The notes beneath the pieces were generated by a model. It was given only the letters and a program-made list of their open reading frames with translations, was not told the DNA's origin and did not search any database. A stretch of 59,154 bases of DNA, counting the filler. It is 6 parts of 6 records of this genome, joined end to end, with 100 filler letters (N's around TTAATTAATTAA, not from the genome) between each part and the next. Parts side by side here need not be neighbours in the genome. Positions count along the whole stretch, not along the records: positions 31,552 to 42,918 come from SRR31147125_36018; positions 43,019 to 50,587 come from SRR31147125_36020; positions 50,688 to 59,154 come from SRR31147125_36053; 3 more parts are not named here. One strand, given 5' to 3'. Position numbers and translations under genes: made by a program. Positions 41,089-50,955 of this stretch are shown piece by piece (positions within the stretch are counted from its first letter, which is position 1; every line of letters starts with the position of its first letter).

Positions 41089-42075
41089 TTATTGTTTTTC
41101 TGATAAAGTAACAACAGCCGTCATTCCCGGGCGCAATCCTTCTATTCTCGAAACCGGACGGGCTTCAATCTCAAACGATTTTAAATCGAATTGGCCCGAA
41201 GTTTTGGTTGCATTCCAACGTGCAAAACTTCCGGTTGGGCTAATGTATTTCACTTTAAAGTCGAACTCTTTTCCTTCAAGCCCCGGAATTGCAGCTTTAA
41301 AGGTGCTTCCCAGTTTAAAATCGCTCATGTAATCTTCGCGAATAAAAAGCGTTACCCAAATATCATTCAGGTCTAATATTGTTACCACCGGGAAACCGGT
41401 TGATACCAACTCTCCTTCTTCCACATTTACACCGGAAACTTCGCCATTGGCAATAGCATTAATGCTTGTTTCTTCCAGGTACGCTTCTACTTCGGCAATT
41501 GCAGCTTCGGCACGTTTTACCAAGGCAGCAGCAGCAGCTTTGTCTTCGTCGCGGGCACCTTTTTCGGCCTTCTGCCAAATTGCTTTTGCAGCATTTGCTG
41601 TTTCGCGGGCAGCTTTCATGCGGGTTTCAGCCTCATCGCGCTGCTGTGCCGGCACAACGCCTTCGTTGTACAAATTCTGAACACGGGAAAATGTTTTTTC
41701 GCCAAACTGGGCAGCGGCTTCAGCCTTTACATAGGTACTGTAAGCGGCAGTAATATCCTCTTGCTGCGCACCATTTTGTGCTTTGCGACTTTGGGCGCTG
41801 GCTGCAGAACGTGCAGCATTGGCATTTGCCAGTTTTGCATTAATCTCCGGGCTGTCGATTGAAAAAATAAAATCACCCTTTTTTACGTGCTGTCCTTTTT
41901 CAACAGCAACTTCCTGAATTCGTCCCGGTACTTTCGAAGCCACATTATATTGTTTTGCTTCTACTTCGCCTTGCAAAATTACAGGCTCCGGTTTTGTTAC
42001 AATAATAAATGTGTACACGATAAATGCAACTATTGCAATCAGTACGATTATTGTGCTTAAAGTCTTCTTGTTCAT
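41089..42075 (-). CDS. HlyD family periplasmic adaptor
   Basis: VASKVPGRI, coiled coil, GELVSTGFPVV, GLRPGMT. Confidence 0.92.
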   Translation of the reverse strand: MNKKTLSTIIVLIAIVAFIVYTFIIVTKPEPVILQGEVEAKQYNVASKVPGRIQEVAVEKGQHVKKGDFIFSIDSPEINAKLANANAARSAASAQSRKAQNGAQQEDITAAYSTYVKAEAAAQFGEKTFSRVQNLYNEGVVPAQQRDEAETRMKAARETANAAKAIWQKAEKGARDEDKAAAAALVKRAEAAIAEVEAYLEETSINAIANGEVSGVNVEEGELVSTGFPVVTILDLNDIWVTLFIREDYMSDFKLGSTFKAAIPGLEGKEFDFKVKYISPTGSFARWNATKTSGQFDLKSFEIEARPVSRIEGLRPGMTAVVTLSEKQ

Positions 42076-42113
42076 TATTTTGTTTTTTTATTTTTCCTGA
42101 AATTAAATTTTGA

Positions 42114-42918
42114 TTACAGCGTTTCGGTAACTGTATTTTCACCTTGCGAAAAATCGATAAATTGGTGTGGCACCCCGGCAGTTTGCAGGAAATGCGCCAA
42201 TGCCACATCGTATTCGTACAACACTTTCAAACGTAATGTTTTAACCTGTAAAACTTTTGTGTTTGCCTCAACCACATTTGTCGATGTTGCAAAACCTTCT
42301 TTAAATGCTTTTTTGGTGCTCGAACAATATTCGTTAGCTAATTCGAGTGTAGTTTCCAGCTCGGCTTTTTGTTCCATTTGCATTTGTAACTCGTGGAACA
42401 ATTTTACCAGGTAGGCTTCCAAATCGTTGTTGGCTTTTTGTTGTGCATATTCAACCTGGCTGTGCATGGTTTCGCTTGCGCGGATATTGTTTTTACGGCT
42501 CATTCCGTTGAACAAAGTCCACTGCATTCCAACTCCCAACTCCCAATCGGGTAAATAAGGCGAAAAATCTTTCTCAACAATATTATAGTTTCCCATTGCA
42601 GCAATGGTTGGCAGGTATTCGTTTTTCTCCACCTTGTGCTTAATTTCCACCAATTCCTTTTTACCATAAATTTGCTTTAACTGCGGGTTTAACTCTTTTG
42701 CCCTGTCAATCCACGAAGCCAATCCATTTAATTCCTTATTGATGAATAAATTATTGGCCGGCACAACTTGTCCGAGAGAATCGCTTGCCAACGTTGCATT
42801 CAGCGCAGTCCGAAGAATTTCAACGTTTCTTTTCGCCTTTTTTACTTCGCGGTCGGCTTCGCTTTTAGATACTTGGGCATGTAGCAATTCCACCCTGGCA
42901 ATCATTCCATTATCAAAA
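42114..42918 (-). CDS. TolC family outer-membrane efflux protein, 5' partial
   Basis: YLPTIAAMG, GVGMQWTLFNG, FKEGFATSTNVVEA; upstream of HlyD. Confidence 0.88.
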
Positions 42919-43018
42919 NNNNNNNNNNNNNNNNNNNNNNNNNNNNNNNNNNNNNNNNNNNNTTAATTAATTAANNNNNNNNNNNNNNNNNNNNNNNNNN
43001 NNNNNNNNNNNNNNNNNN
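42919..43018. other. artificial contig linker
   Basis: N44-TTAATTAATTAA-N44. Confidence 0.99.
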
Positions 43019-43044
43019 GATTGCCGCGCTTCGCTCGCAATGAC
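43019..43044. repeat. 3' end of a REP/RPE-like palindromic element
   Basis: GATTGCCGCGCTTCGCTCGCAATGAC at the contig edge. Confidence 0.55.
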
Positions 43045-43056
43045 AGTATTTGCACC

Positions 43057-43091
43057 ATTAACTATTCACGACTCACAAATCACGATTCACA
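43057..43091. repeat. degenerate tandem heptamer array
   Basis: ATTAACT ATTCACG ACTCACA AATCACG ATTCACA. Confidence 0.65.
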
Positions 43092-43092
43092 T

Positions 43093-43137
43093 AAAAAGAC
43101 CCCAGGGGGGTATTTCTACCACGCACCTAGGGCCTCT
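43093..43137 (-). terminator. rho-independent terminator of the large surface-protein gene
   Basis: Minus strand AGAGGCCCTAGG/CCTGGGGTCTTT stem with T-tract; a second hairpin GGGTGGTC/GACCACCC lies just past the stop. Confidence 0.6.
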
Positions 43138-43184
43138 GGGGGAGCTATTTAATGGGTGGTCTTTTCAGGGACCACCCTATTTTC

Positions 43185-46100
43185 TTATGATCTACTTTTT
43201 ACTTTACGTCTGATTGCTCCGATTAGGATCATGAGTCCTGCGAAAAGAATCATGACACTTGAGTCGATCTTACCACCGGCAACCATGCTACAACCTGCTT
43301 TTTTGAACTGGCTGTTGAAGTGGTGTGAATCTGGCTGACCTGAAGCAACATTCGAAACGATCTCAGTTGGGTTGAACTCTACGATGTTACCGTTTGCATC
43401 TAAGTTAGTTCCATTACAATCCATATCTTCACCGTAGATTCCGATCTTACCATCTGGGAGACCATCGCCATCTGTATCTTGAGCTTCTTGCATATTGATT
43501 GCTGAGGCACACGTTTCGTCTGCATCGAAGTATTCATCACCATCTTTGTTCTCACCGAATGACCATCTTCCGTCTGCCAAGAAACTTGGACCATCTGGGA
43601 TACAATCACTATCGGTATCAGAATTACGTGGGTTTGATGGAGCACCTTCGATTAGGCCATAGCGACCTGTACCCTGATAATGTCTCTCATTGTAATCGCT
43701 AACACCATCATCATCTGTATCCGCTGAGAGTGGGTTTGTATCACACTGGTCAAAAGGAGCCTCTGTTCCACAACTCTGGTATGGTGAAGGATCGTGTGTA
43801 GCAGGGTCTTTACCAAGAATTGGTGACAACTTGCTATACTTATCCTTAAGTAATGAGATACAGAGTTCACCTTCTTTGGTCATAGGATCACAACCATCTG
43901 CCAATTTATCACCATCTGTATCCCAATTATTTGGATCTGTACCAATTTTGTTTTCTTGATCGTTTGGTAAACCATCTCTATCATCATCCTGCATATCACC
44001 AAAGAGAACCTCAAACTCTTCTCTATCGTAGCCTTCACAGACATCATAGTCTAACTCAGAGTTACGACATCCAAAGAGTTCCTGATTATCTGGAATACCA
44101 TCATCATCTGTATCTAAACCACATGGGTCAGATTCATACCAAGCAACCGCAAACTCTTCACCAGCTGGAGTGTTGAACAATTCACCTTCATCACAACCAC
44201 CAAAGAATGCTGAAGCTTCAACTGCTATTGTTCCATCACAAAGGCCATCACCATCACTATCAGGGTTATTTGGATTTGTCATAAGAACAAGAATTTCAAC
44301 ATCATCGTTCAAACCATCATCATCTGTATCTGCCTTTGTTGGATCTGTATCTCTACCAGCAATCTGCATATTTGAATCTGAACAACCTTTAACACCCTGG
44401 TATGCAGCGCCAGCATCATTTATGTTCCCATCACGACTGACTTCAGCATAATCACTCAATGAATCGCCATCTGTATCTTCATTATGAGGCATTGTTCCAA
44501 GATTTCTTCTCTCAATACTGTCATTCAAACCATCATCATCTGAATCTGCTTTAAGTGGGTTTGTTGGTGACAACTTGCTTGTGGCATTTGGCTGATATGG
44601 ATTACTTACAACTTCTAGTAAATCTTCAATATCAACTTCAACTGTATTACCCTTAATTTCTTTCAATTCTAACATCTCTTCTGCATCAGAGAGACCATCT
44701 TTATCACTATCTAAGTACCATGCTAAGAGTTCACTACCATCGAAGATACCATTTCTACATTCTGGGTACTCACCGTTAAGCTCTTCTAAAGTATCTTCAT
44801 TAGGATCGTATGGACAGAAATCTTCACCATCTTCTACTCCATCACCATCTGTATCGGCGATATCATAAGCCAAGAACTGCTTATCATCAACATCCTGACA
44901 ATCGAGCAAGTGATTAAGTCCTCTACCTACGTAAGCCTCAACACAACCTGGGATACCATCTTGATCGTTATCTGGACAGCTCGAAATAATATCTTTAGCA
45001 CTATAAGCATCTTTAATTTCAGCAAAGAGTAATGGTACATCACCGGTGTCTTCTTCGTTCATCATAAATCTAACTGGTCTGTCATCTTCATATACAAGGT
45101 ATTTCTTTGCCTTATCAACTATTGTGTAGAGAATCTCTTTATTCTGACATGTTCTTACACATGGGGTATTATCTGGGTTAGAAATCCATGGGCATTTATC
45201 TTCACCATCGTGAACCTTATCACCATCACTATCATACTTGGCAAAGTTAGAAACATCGTTGTCCTTCTGATCAGACATAGAACCGTCTAAATCCTTATCT
45301 GGCTCTAACCATGCATTTCTACATTCTAAGAAGAGGACTGTCTTGTCTGTTGAGATACCTTTATCAATGACTAGTTCACTAAACTCACCAGTTTCTTCAT
45401 TTATCTCAAAGATACCAAAGCTACGACCGATCTTTTCTTTTGCTTTATAGCTATCCAAGTGCTGACATTCGACTGCATCACCAACTGAATCTTCGTCTTC
45501 GCCATCAGCAGCCCTAAACTTAACATCTTCGTCCATGTAGTAGAGGTATGCTTTTCTATCTTGCTGATATTCACGTTTTCTATTTTCTTGGTAATCTAAG
45601 ACACCATCACCATCGTTATCTGAATCATGAACATCTGGTTCACCATCGCCATCTGTATCCAAAGCTTTCCACCCTTCACCTAAGGATGAACAACCCTGCT
45701 TTGGCATATCTTCAATCTCAATTTCTCTTGCAAACATATCGTCCTTACCATCATTGATAACCTTCATGCACTTAAACTCATAGACATCAAGGATGCCATC
45801 ATTACCCCAGTCAGCTTCATACCAGCATCCAAGGTTCTTTGATTTATCACAGATACAGTCACGTGTACCTATTATACGCTCACCATTCTTATCTATTGAG
45901 AATTCCATATTATCCCAGATACCATCACCATCACTATCTGAGTTTGACGCAAATGGAGAACTATATTCACCAACTTTTTGAGTACAACCAGTTTTACCTA
46001 GAGCAAAGACTGGAATATTTGAATGACTTGTTGTTACATAATCACCACCTAATGTTGGTTCATCCATCTTTCCAACATGATGTTCCGGCCAGAATGCTTC

Positions 46101-47519
46101 TGTTGAAGAACCAGCAATACCGTTATGAATTGGGACAAGGTACATTCTTCTATCTTGAATACCATATTCTTTTAGATTGATATCAAATTCAAACCAACCT
46201 TCGATTGAACCGAGCATTTCAGCTTCTGTTAGATCTCTAACATAAGGTGAAAATTTGCTATTCTTACTAAGAATATCTGTAGCCATATCAGGTTCTGTAT
46301 AGATACTGACCGTATCAATATTTGCACCTTTTGGAATACAATCTGCACGATCTGGATCACAATCTACTACCTGACCGGCAATCCTTACAATATCGCCAAC
46401 AGTATCTAATTCTTCAATAAAGATGCTGTCATAATCAATAAAATAACCTTCACCAATGGAACCTCGAATATTCTTACCGATAATTGCATCTTCTTCTGAT
46501 AATTGATATGTTGTGCTAGATATATCTGTGAAGTTATTGTAGAACGCAAAGGAGTGATTTTGACCAAAGGAACTTGAATTGGATATTGCATCATCGACTC
46601 TACATTCTTCGGTCTCATTTCCTTCTGAATCTTCACCAGTAGGAACCATTGTCCCACCACAATCATTACAATTTTCTGCAGTAAGCTGAGCACATTCACT
46701 TGGGAGTTCATTTCTAATAACTGGAATTCTAATATCATTTCTTACGCCTTGAGCAACGATACCTTCTTGGCAGTCGATTATTTTACCGTAATCACCCTCA
46801 AATACAACCTTCCTTGTACCTGAAATTATAACACCAGCACCTGGCATACCATCGACAACAACATTTTTCAAAACGACTGTTCCGCCACTTCCCGTAACGC
46901 AAATACCATGTATGATGTCACCATTTGACTCAAACTCATATCTCTGGCCGTCAAGATGTATGTTCTGTAATACAACATTTTTACTTGTGACCTTTATAGC
47001 ACAATTCATCTTCTTAAAATCTGCATAGGCATTTGTTTTACCTGAGGCAAGCTCATCAGTCTGTTTTTCCTCGTTCATCTTAAAAGTATTTCTATTTACC
47101 TGAAAATGAACAAAGCCCTTTGTAGGATCACTTGAATCTGGATCCGCCTGAGGACCGAACGCAAACATTGACCTAGGGGCATCAGAACTTGGATTTCCAG
47201 AAAGCACAAGTTCTTCTTTTAGAAGAATATCTCCAACTTTTTCTTTATCAAAGTCTATATGAGATCGACATTGTCTTTGAGTGTCCTGAGTTCGATTAAA
47301 AAGTTTCACAAATGTTCTCACCGTAAGACCCTGAGAAACATCCTGATCACTTTTTACTTTACAATACTCATCAGCGCCCTCGCTGGTATCATTACTGAAT
47401 CCGTAGAGATTTTCGCTCAACAGATTTTCATCAGCAGCAAATCCAACATTCACTGTCAATGTCATCAAAGAAGCAAAAACTATGATGAGTAGTGTTTTAA
47501 AACATGTTTTCATTTTCAT
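43185..47519 (-). CDS. large secreted surface protein with many Ca-binding DxDxDG (TSP3-like) repeats and a GC-TM-RRK C-terminal sorting signal
   Basis: Signal peptide MKMKTC..VGFA; many DTDGDG/DSDDDG repeats; Cys-rich; tail AGCSMV...SVMILFAGLMILIGAIRRK (MYXO-CTERM/GlyGly-CTERM-like). Confidence 0.85.
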   Translation of the reverse strand: MKMKTCFKTLLIIVFASLMTLTVNVGFAADENLLSENLYGFSNDTSEGADEYCKVKSDQDVSQGLTVRTFVKLFNRTQDTQRQCRSHIDFDKEKVGDILLKEELVLSGNPSSDAPRSMFAFGPQADPDSSDPTKGFVHFQVNRNTFKMNEEKQTDELASGKTNAYADFKKMNCAIKVTSKNVVLQNIHLDGQRYEFESNGDIIHGICVTGSGGTVVLKNVVVDGMPGAGVIISGTRKVVFEGDYGKIIDCQEGIVAQGVRNDIRIPVIRNELPSECAQLTAENCNDCGGTMVPTGEDSEGNETEECRVDDAISNSSSFGQNHSFAFYNNFTDISSTTYQLSEEDAIIGKNIRGSIGEGYFIDYDSIFIEELDTVGDIVRIAGQVVDCDPDRADCIPKGANIDTVSIYTEPDMATDILSKNSKFSPYVRDLTEAEMLGSIEGWFEFDINLKEYGIQDRRMYLVPIHNGIAGSSTEAFWPEHHVGKMDEPTLGGDYVTTSHSNIPVFALGKTGCTQKVGEYSSPFASNSDSDGDGIWDNMEFSIDKNGERIIGTRDCICDKSKNLGCWYEADWGNDGILDVYEFKCMKVINDGKDDMFAREIEIEDMPKQGCSSLGEGWKALDTDGDGEPDVHDSDNDGDGVLDYQENRKREYQQDRKAYLYYMDEDVKFRAADGEDEDSVGDAVECQHLDSYKAKEKIGRSFGIFEINEETGEFSELVIDKGISTDKTVLFLECRNAWLEPDKDLDGSMSDQKDNDVSNFAKYDSDGDKVHDGEDKCPWISNPDNTPCVRTCQNKEILYTIVDKAKKYLVYEDDRPVRFMMNEEDTGDVPLLFAEIKDAYSAKDIISSCPDNDQDGIPGCVEAYVGRGLNHLLDCQDVDDKQFLAYDIADTDGDGVEDGEDFCPYDPNEDTLEELNGEYPECRNGIFDGSELLAWYLDSDKDGLSDAEEMLELKEIKGNTVEVDIEDLLEVVSNPYQPNATSKLSPTNPLKADSDDDGLNDSIERRNLGTMPHNEDTDGDSLSDYAEVSRDGNINDAGAAYQGVKGCSDSNMQIAGRDTDPTKADTDDDGLNDDVEILVLMTNPNNPDSDGDGLCDGTIAVEASAFFGGCDEGELFNTPAGEEFAVAWYESDPCGLDTDDDGIPDNQELFGCRNSELDYDVCEGYDREEFEVLFGDMQDDDRDGLPNDQENKIGTDPNNWDTDGDKLADGCDPMTKEGELCISLLKDKYSKLSPILGKDPATHDPSPYQSCGTEAPFDQCDTNPLSADTDDDGVSDYNERHYQGTGRYGLIEGAPSNPRNSDTDSDCIPDGPSFLADGRWSFGENKDGDEYFDADETCASAINMQEAQDTDGDGLPDGKIGIYGEDMDCNGTNLDANGNIVEFNPTEIVSNVASGQPDSHHFNSQFKKAGCSMVAGGKIDSSVMILFAGLMILIGAIRRKVKSRS

Positions 47520-47553
47520 AAAAACTCCCCTGGTAAAAGTTACCATTATTTTC

Positions 47554-48714
47554 TTATAATCCTCTATAACCTACACCGAACAACGCCATTCCCATTGCAT
47601 CACTCATGTGCAATTTCTGCGGTTGATAATCACTCTCAAAACCTTCGCCTTCAACGCGAACAAAGGTAAAGAATTGTTTATATCCAAACTCTAAGCTAAC
47701 ACCAGCATTCCATCTCAAAGGAGCACCGTTAGCAAAATCAGCAGCACAAAATTCACCATCACAAGAAGCTGTTAGCCCCTGATAGTTATTGATCATGAAA
47801 TAAGCACCAAGTCCGCCGAACCCGAAGACAGAAATATCCATATCTTTACTAAGAGGCCAGATCCATCCAGCTTCAGCAATCACACCAAAGAATGGCATGG
47901 TGACAGTCACACTTTTTCGACCTCCATCGTCGTAATCAATATTTTCTACATTAGCAGCAAGTAAGGTCCCTAACTGAGCCTTCAAACCATATATAAAAGA
48001 ACTTCCTGTTGAAATTTTATGCCTAAAACCAAGCTCAAGTTGTAATTTCCCAAAATAGGCTTCATCTAAATCACTTCCGAAAGGATAACCTGATTTGAAA
48101 GCTGTACCGCCACTTACGCCACCAGCAAAATAAGCTCCAGAATCCCTAGAACTACCCGAGCCACTTAAAATACCAGCATCCTCAATTGCTTTTTTTGCTT
48201 CTGCAATTGCTGTATTTAGTGCAGCGTTACCTGATGAAAGCGTACCTAAATAACTATGAAAACCTGTTAGCTGAGCTGGAGTTGATTTCTTTTGAAACAT
48301 TCCATCTTCGCCAACATTCTTTTTGAAGTATTGTAATAATTGCGTGGCCAAAGTATGGTTACCTGCTGCAATCGAGGCACCGACTTTACTCTGAAGAATA
48401 TTAAGAGGTTTATCGCTGGTTACAATCTCTCCAACAATTTGCATATAATTTCCTACAGCTCCAGATCCGCCATGACCACCACCTGGGTGAACTATCGCAC
48501 CAGCACCAGGAAGCGTTCCACCTTTGCCTGTTGCAACGGCTTGTAGACCAGCATCGGCTTTCAATTCACTCAAGCAGCTACCTGCTCCGGCATACATTTG
48601 ACAAGTTTCACTTTCACTTGCCTTCATAAAGCACTGTCCAACAAAATCCGCCTTATTAGGTGTTGGGATTTTAAAAATACTTGCTAATGATTGACAAGTT
48701 TCTCTGATAGTCAT
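47554..48714 (-). CDS. hypothetical protein with C-terminal outer-membrane beta-barrel-like region
   Basis: AGGAG SD; alternating beta-strands (KLQLELGFRH, GVIAEAGWIW, NAGVSLEFGY, LFGVGYR). Confidence 0.7.
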   Translation of the reverse strand: MTIRETCQSLASIFKIPTPNKADFVGQCFMKASESETCQMYAGAGSCLSELKADAGLQAVATGKGGTLPGAGAIVHPGGGHGGSGAVGNYMQIVGEIVTSDKPLNILQSKVGASIAAGNHTLATQLLQYFKKNVGEDGMFQKKSTPAQLTGFHSYLGTLSSGNAALNTAIAEAKKAIEDAGILSGSGSSRDSGAYFAGGVSGGTAFKSGYPFGSDLDEAYFGKLQLELGFRHKISTGSSFIYGLKAQLGTLLAANVENIDYDDGGRKSVTVTMPFFGVIAEAGWIWPLSKDMDISVFGFGGLGAYFMINNYQGLTASCDGEFCAADFANGAPLRWNAGVSLEFGYKQFFTFVRVEGEGFESDYQPQKLHMSDAMGMALFGVGYRGL

Positions 48715-48966
48715 AAAACACTCCTTGTATTAAAAAATAGTCCCCACGCTATTTGCATGGCATTTTCATCTATCTCCGTAATTATTATCGTGAGATCTCA
48801 AGAAAAGTTGCGTGAAAAAAATAACAAAATATGACACCCCCTTGATTTTATTGGGTTTTTCAGGCTTAAAAAGTGTGCTTTTTTCGAGCGCAGATTGACT
48901 ATTTATGCGGTTTTAAGAGGTTTCAGCGAAAAAAGCCGATTTTCAGTGAATTTGCGGGAAGTTACA

Positions 48967-49280
48967 TGTGATTTGTGAGGTGTGAATAGGGATTAGGGAG
49001 AAGAGACCAGAGATCGGGGATCAAGTTTGAAAAATAGCCTTCGACCAGAGTGGGAAAGCCTAGTTTTAAGGAAACAGCTTCTAGACTTCACTCCGTTAGC
49101 TCAAAGACTATTGCTGAGGGCACGAGATCCTCCGGTTCCTCCAAAGGCATGCACGCAAGCCCGACGACGACAGACACTGAACCTGAGAAATGGTGACGGA
49201 GCAAAAAAAGGCTTTTTTGCTCCGTCACCATTTAGCTCAGCCTCCCCATTCACCATTCACAACTAACTATTCACATACTC
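48967..49280. other. structured intergenic element: inverted heptamer arrays enclosing a long hairpin and a perfect 21-bp inverted repeat (MITE/REP-like or ncRNA)
   Basis: Heptamers 48967-49022 and inverted 49241-49275; minus-strand G-U hairpin 49033-49112; IR 49188-49233. Confidence 0.55.
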
Positions 49281-49403
49281 TTGCTTCGAATAATATCATG
49301 CTTTAAAAGTGTAATTTTCTCTTTACAGTGCCTATATAATTGACTACTCATTACTGCTTATTGCGCTGTACATTCAACACGAACTTAACCCAATGGAGGT
49401 ATC

Positions 49404-50501
49404 ATGAGTTCGACTTCGACAAAGAAGAAACTTGCTACATTTGGAATTGCTGCACTCTGCTTTGGCTACTTCGCTTCGTACGTCCCATATTCCATGATGA
49501 CAAAGATGATCACAAAAGGTCTCTTTTCAGGAATGGGAGGAACAGGGTTCTCAGGTTTTGAGATTCAGCCCGCAGCTGTAACTGGAAACTTGATAGTCAT
49601 GTTTCTCTTTTTAACTTTAAGCGGTTGGTGGAAACATGCCACTCATTCAAAAATCTTCGGTATCTCTTTTCCAAGACCACAGTGGTACACATTTATTTCT
49701 GGTATCTGCACTGCGGGTATCATCATAACAACAACACTCGCTTATACCTTCAGCGGAATTAGCATTGTTTTTGCGATGCTCCTCATGCGTGGTGGTGTTC
49801 TTGTGTTAGGACCAGTCATTGACACAATTGCCCGTCGTAGAAAAAGAAAAATCTACTGGCCATCATGGGTCGCTGCTGGACTAAGCTTTGGCGCCCTTCT
49901 TGTTGCGTTTGCTGGTAAAGCCGGAACAAACATGACAACCATCGCCATTATCGATATCAGCTTGTACCTCGGCTGTTATTTTTTCAGACTTTTCTTCATG
50001 AGTAACAGAGCTAAGAGTGAAAACCTTGAAGAGAGAAAGGGTTATGTTGCTGAAGAACAGCTCGTTGCAAATCCTCTTCTTTTTATTGCTTTGTTAGTCG
50101 TAGGTTTGATCGGATCAGGAATGGGACCAGAAACAATTCCTGGTAAAATCTGGAGTGGTTTCACAACCTTTCCTTTTTCTGGTTACTTCTTTTATGCTTT
50201 CTTTATCGGTATCTTTTCATATGGAACAGGAATCTTCGGTAGCTTAATTCTTCTTGATAAACGCGAAAACACATTTACAATTCCTGCAAACAGATGTTCA
50301 AGTATCGTAGCTGGCGTCATAGCCACATATCTATTAGCAATCTTCTTCGATCAAAGATATCCAAGCACATATCAAATGATCGGTGTTGTGCTAATTCTCT
50401 CAGCAATCATCTTCTTGTCATACCGCTCAATCGTTGAGAAGAAAGCATTGAAAGCTGGAACACCAGCAAAAAAAAGTCGGTGCAGTCTAACTCAAACCTA
50501 G
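49404..50501 (+). CDS. multi-pass membrane protein, DMT/EamA-like
   Basis: GGAGG SD; about 10 hydrophobic helices in two halves. Confidence 0.75.
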   Translation: MSSTSTKKKLATFGIAALCFGYFASYVPYSMMTKMITKGLFSGMGGTGFSGFEIQPAAVTGNLIVMFLFLTLSGWWKHATHSKIFGISFPRPQWYTFISGICTAGIIITTTLAYTFSGISIVFAMLLMRGGVLVLGPVIDTIARRRKRKIYWPSWVAAGLSFGALLVAFAGKAGTNMTTIAIIDISLYLGCYFFRLFFMSNRAKSENLEERKGYVAEEQLVANPLLFIALLVVGLIGSGMGPETIPGKIWSGFTTFPFSGYFFYAFFIGIFSYGTGIFGSLILLDKRENTFTIPANRCSSIVAGVIATYLLAIFFDQRYPSTYQMIGVVLILSAIIFLSYRSIVEKKALKAGTPAKKSRCSLTQT

Positions 50502-50532
50502 AGCCAGCAACTGACACAGAATAAAATACTTC

Positions 50533-50568
50533 AAAGGCTCTCCTTGCTATCCGAGGAGAGCCTTTTTT
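50533..50568 (+). terminator. rho-independent terminator
   Basis: AAAGGCTCTCCTT/GAGGAGAGCCTTT with T-tract. Confidence 0.85.
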
Positions 50569-50587
50569 AGACTACTAACTAAGGGGG

Positions 50588-50687
50588 NNNNNNNNNNNNN
50601 NNNNNNNNNNNNNNNNNNNNNNNNNNNNNNNTTAATTAATTAANNNNNNNNNNNNNNNNNNNNNNNNNNNNNNNNNNNNNNNNNNNN
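50588..50687. other. artificial contig linker
   Basis: N44-TTAATTAATTAA-N44. Confidence 0.99.
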
Positions 50688-50941
50688 TTTTTGTTTTCGA
50701 CTGGCCCGAAAATGGTGAACTTCAAATAAAGGGCTTAACAAATGAAATAATTTCTACTCAATTGTTGGCTACTGGGGAAATACTGAAAACTCAAAACAAA
50801 TCTTCAGAAACAACAATACGGACTCCTGAAAAAGCTTTGGACACCGCTGCCACTGTAATTAAAATTCAGGTAAAAGGAAAAGTAGAAAGGCAATGGTTTT
50901 CAAAAAATAACAAAAAAATACACACCGGGGCACTGGATTAA
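50688..50941 (+). CDS. C-terminal fragment, probably GH29 alpha-L-fucosidase
   Basis: FVFDWPENGELQIKGL..LLATG..DTAATVIKI, stop at 50939-50941; not in the ORF track. Confidence 0.6.
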
Positions 50942-50955
50942 AAAGCTGCACAACA

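Noticed and set aside
43400-47492. His-rich plus-strand ORFs and internal DNA repeats (CCATCATCATCTGTATC)
   Set aside because: Antisense reading of the Asp-rich DxDxDG protein repeats.
49027-49266. 79-aa ORF, or 6S RNA because of CGACGAC...CTGAACC
   Set aside because: TTG start with no SD, running through palindromes. The 6S similarity is only a few bases and I could not see the closing long stem.
10976-50687. Five identical N-flanked TTAATTAATTAA sequences as a biological repeat
   Set aside because: They are fixed-length 100-bp six-frame-stop linkers joining unrelated contigs. No cross-linker gene neighbourhoods should be inferred.
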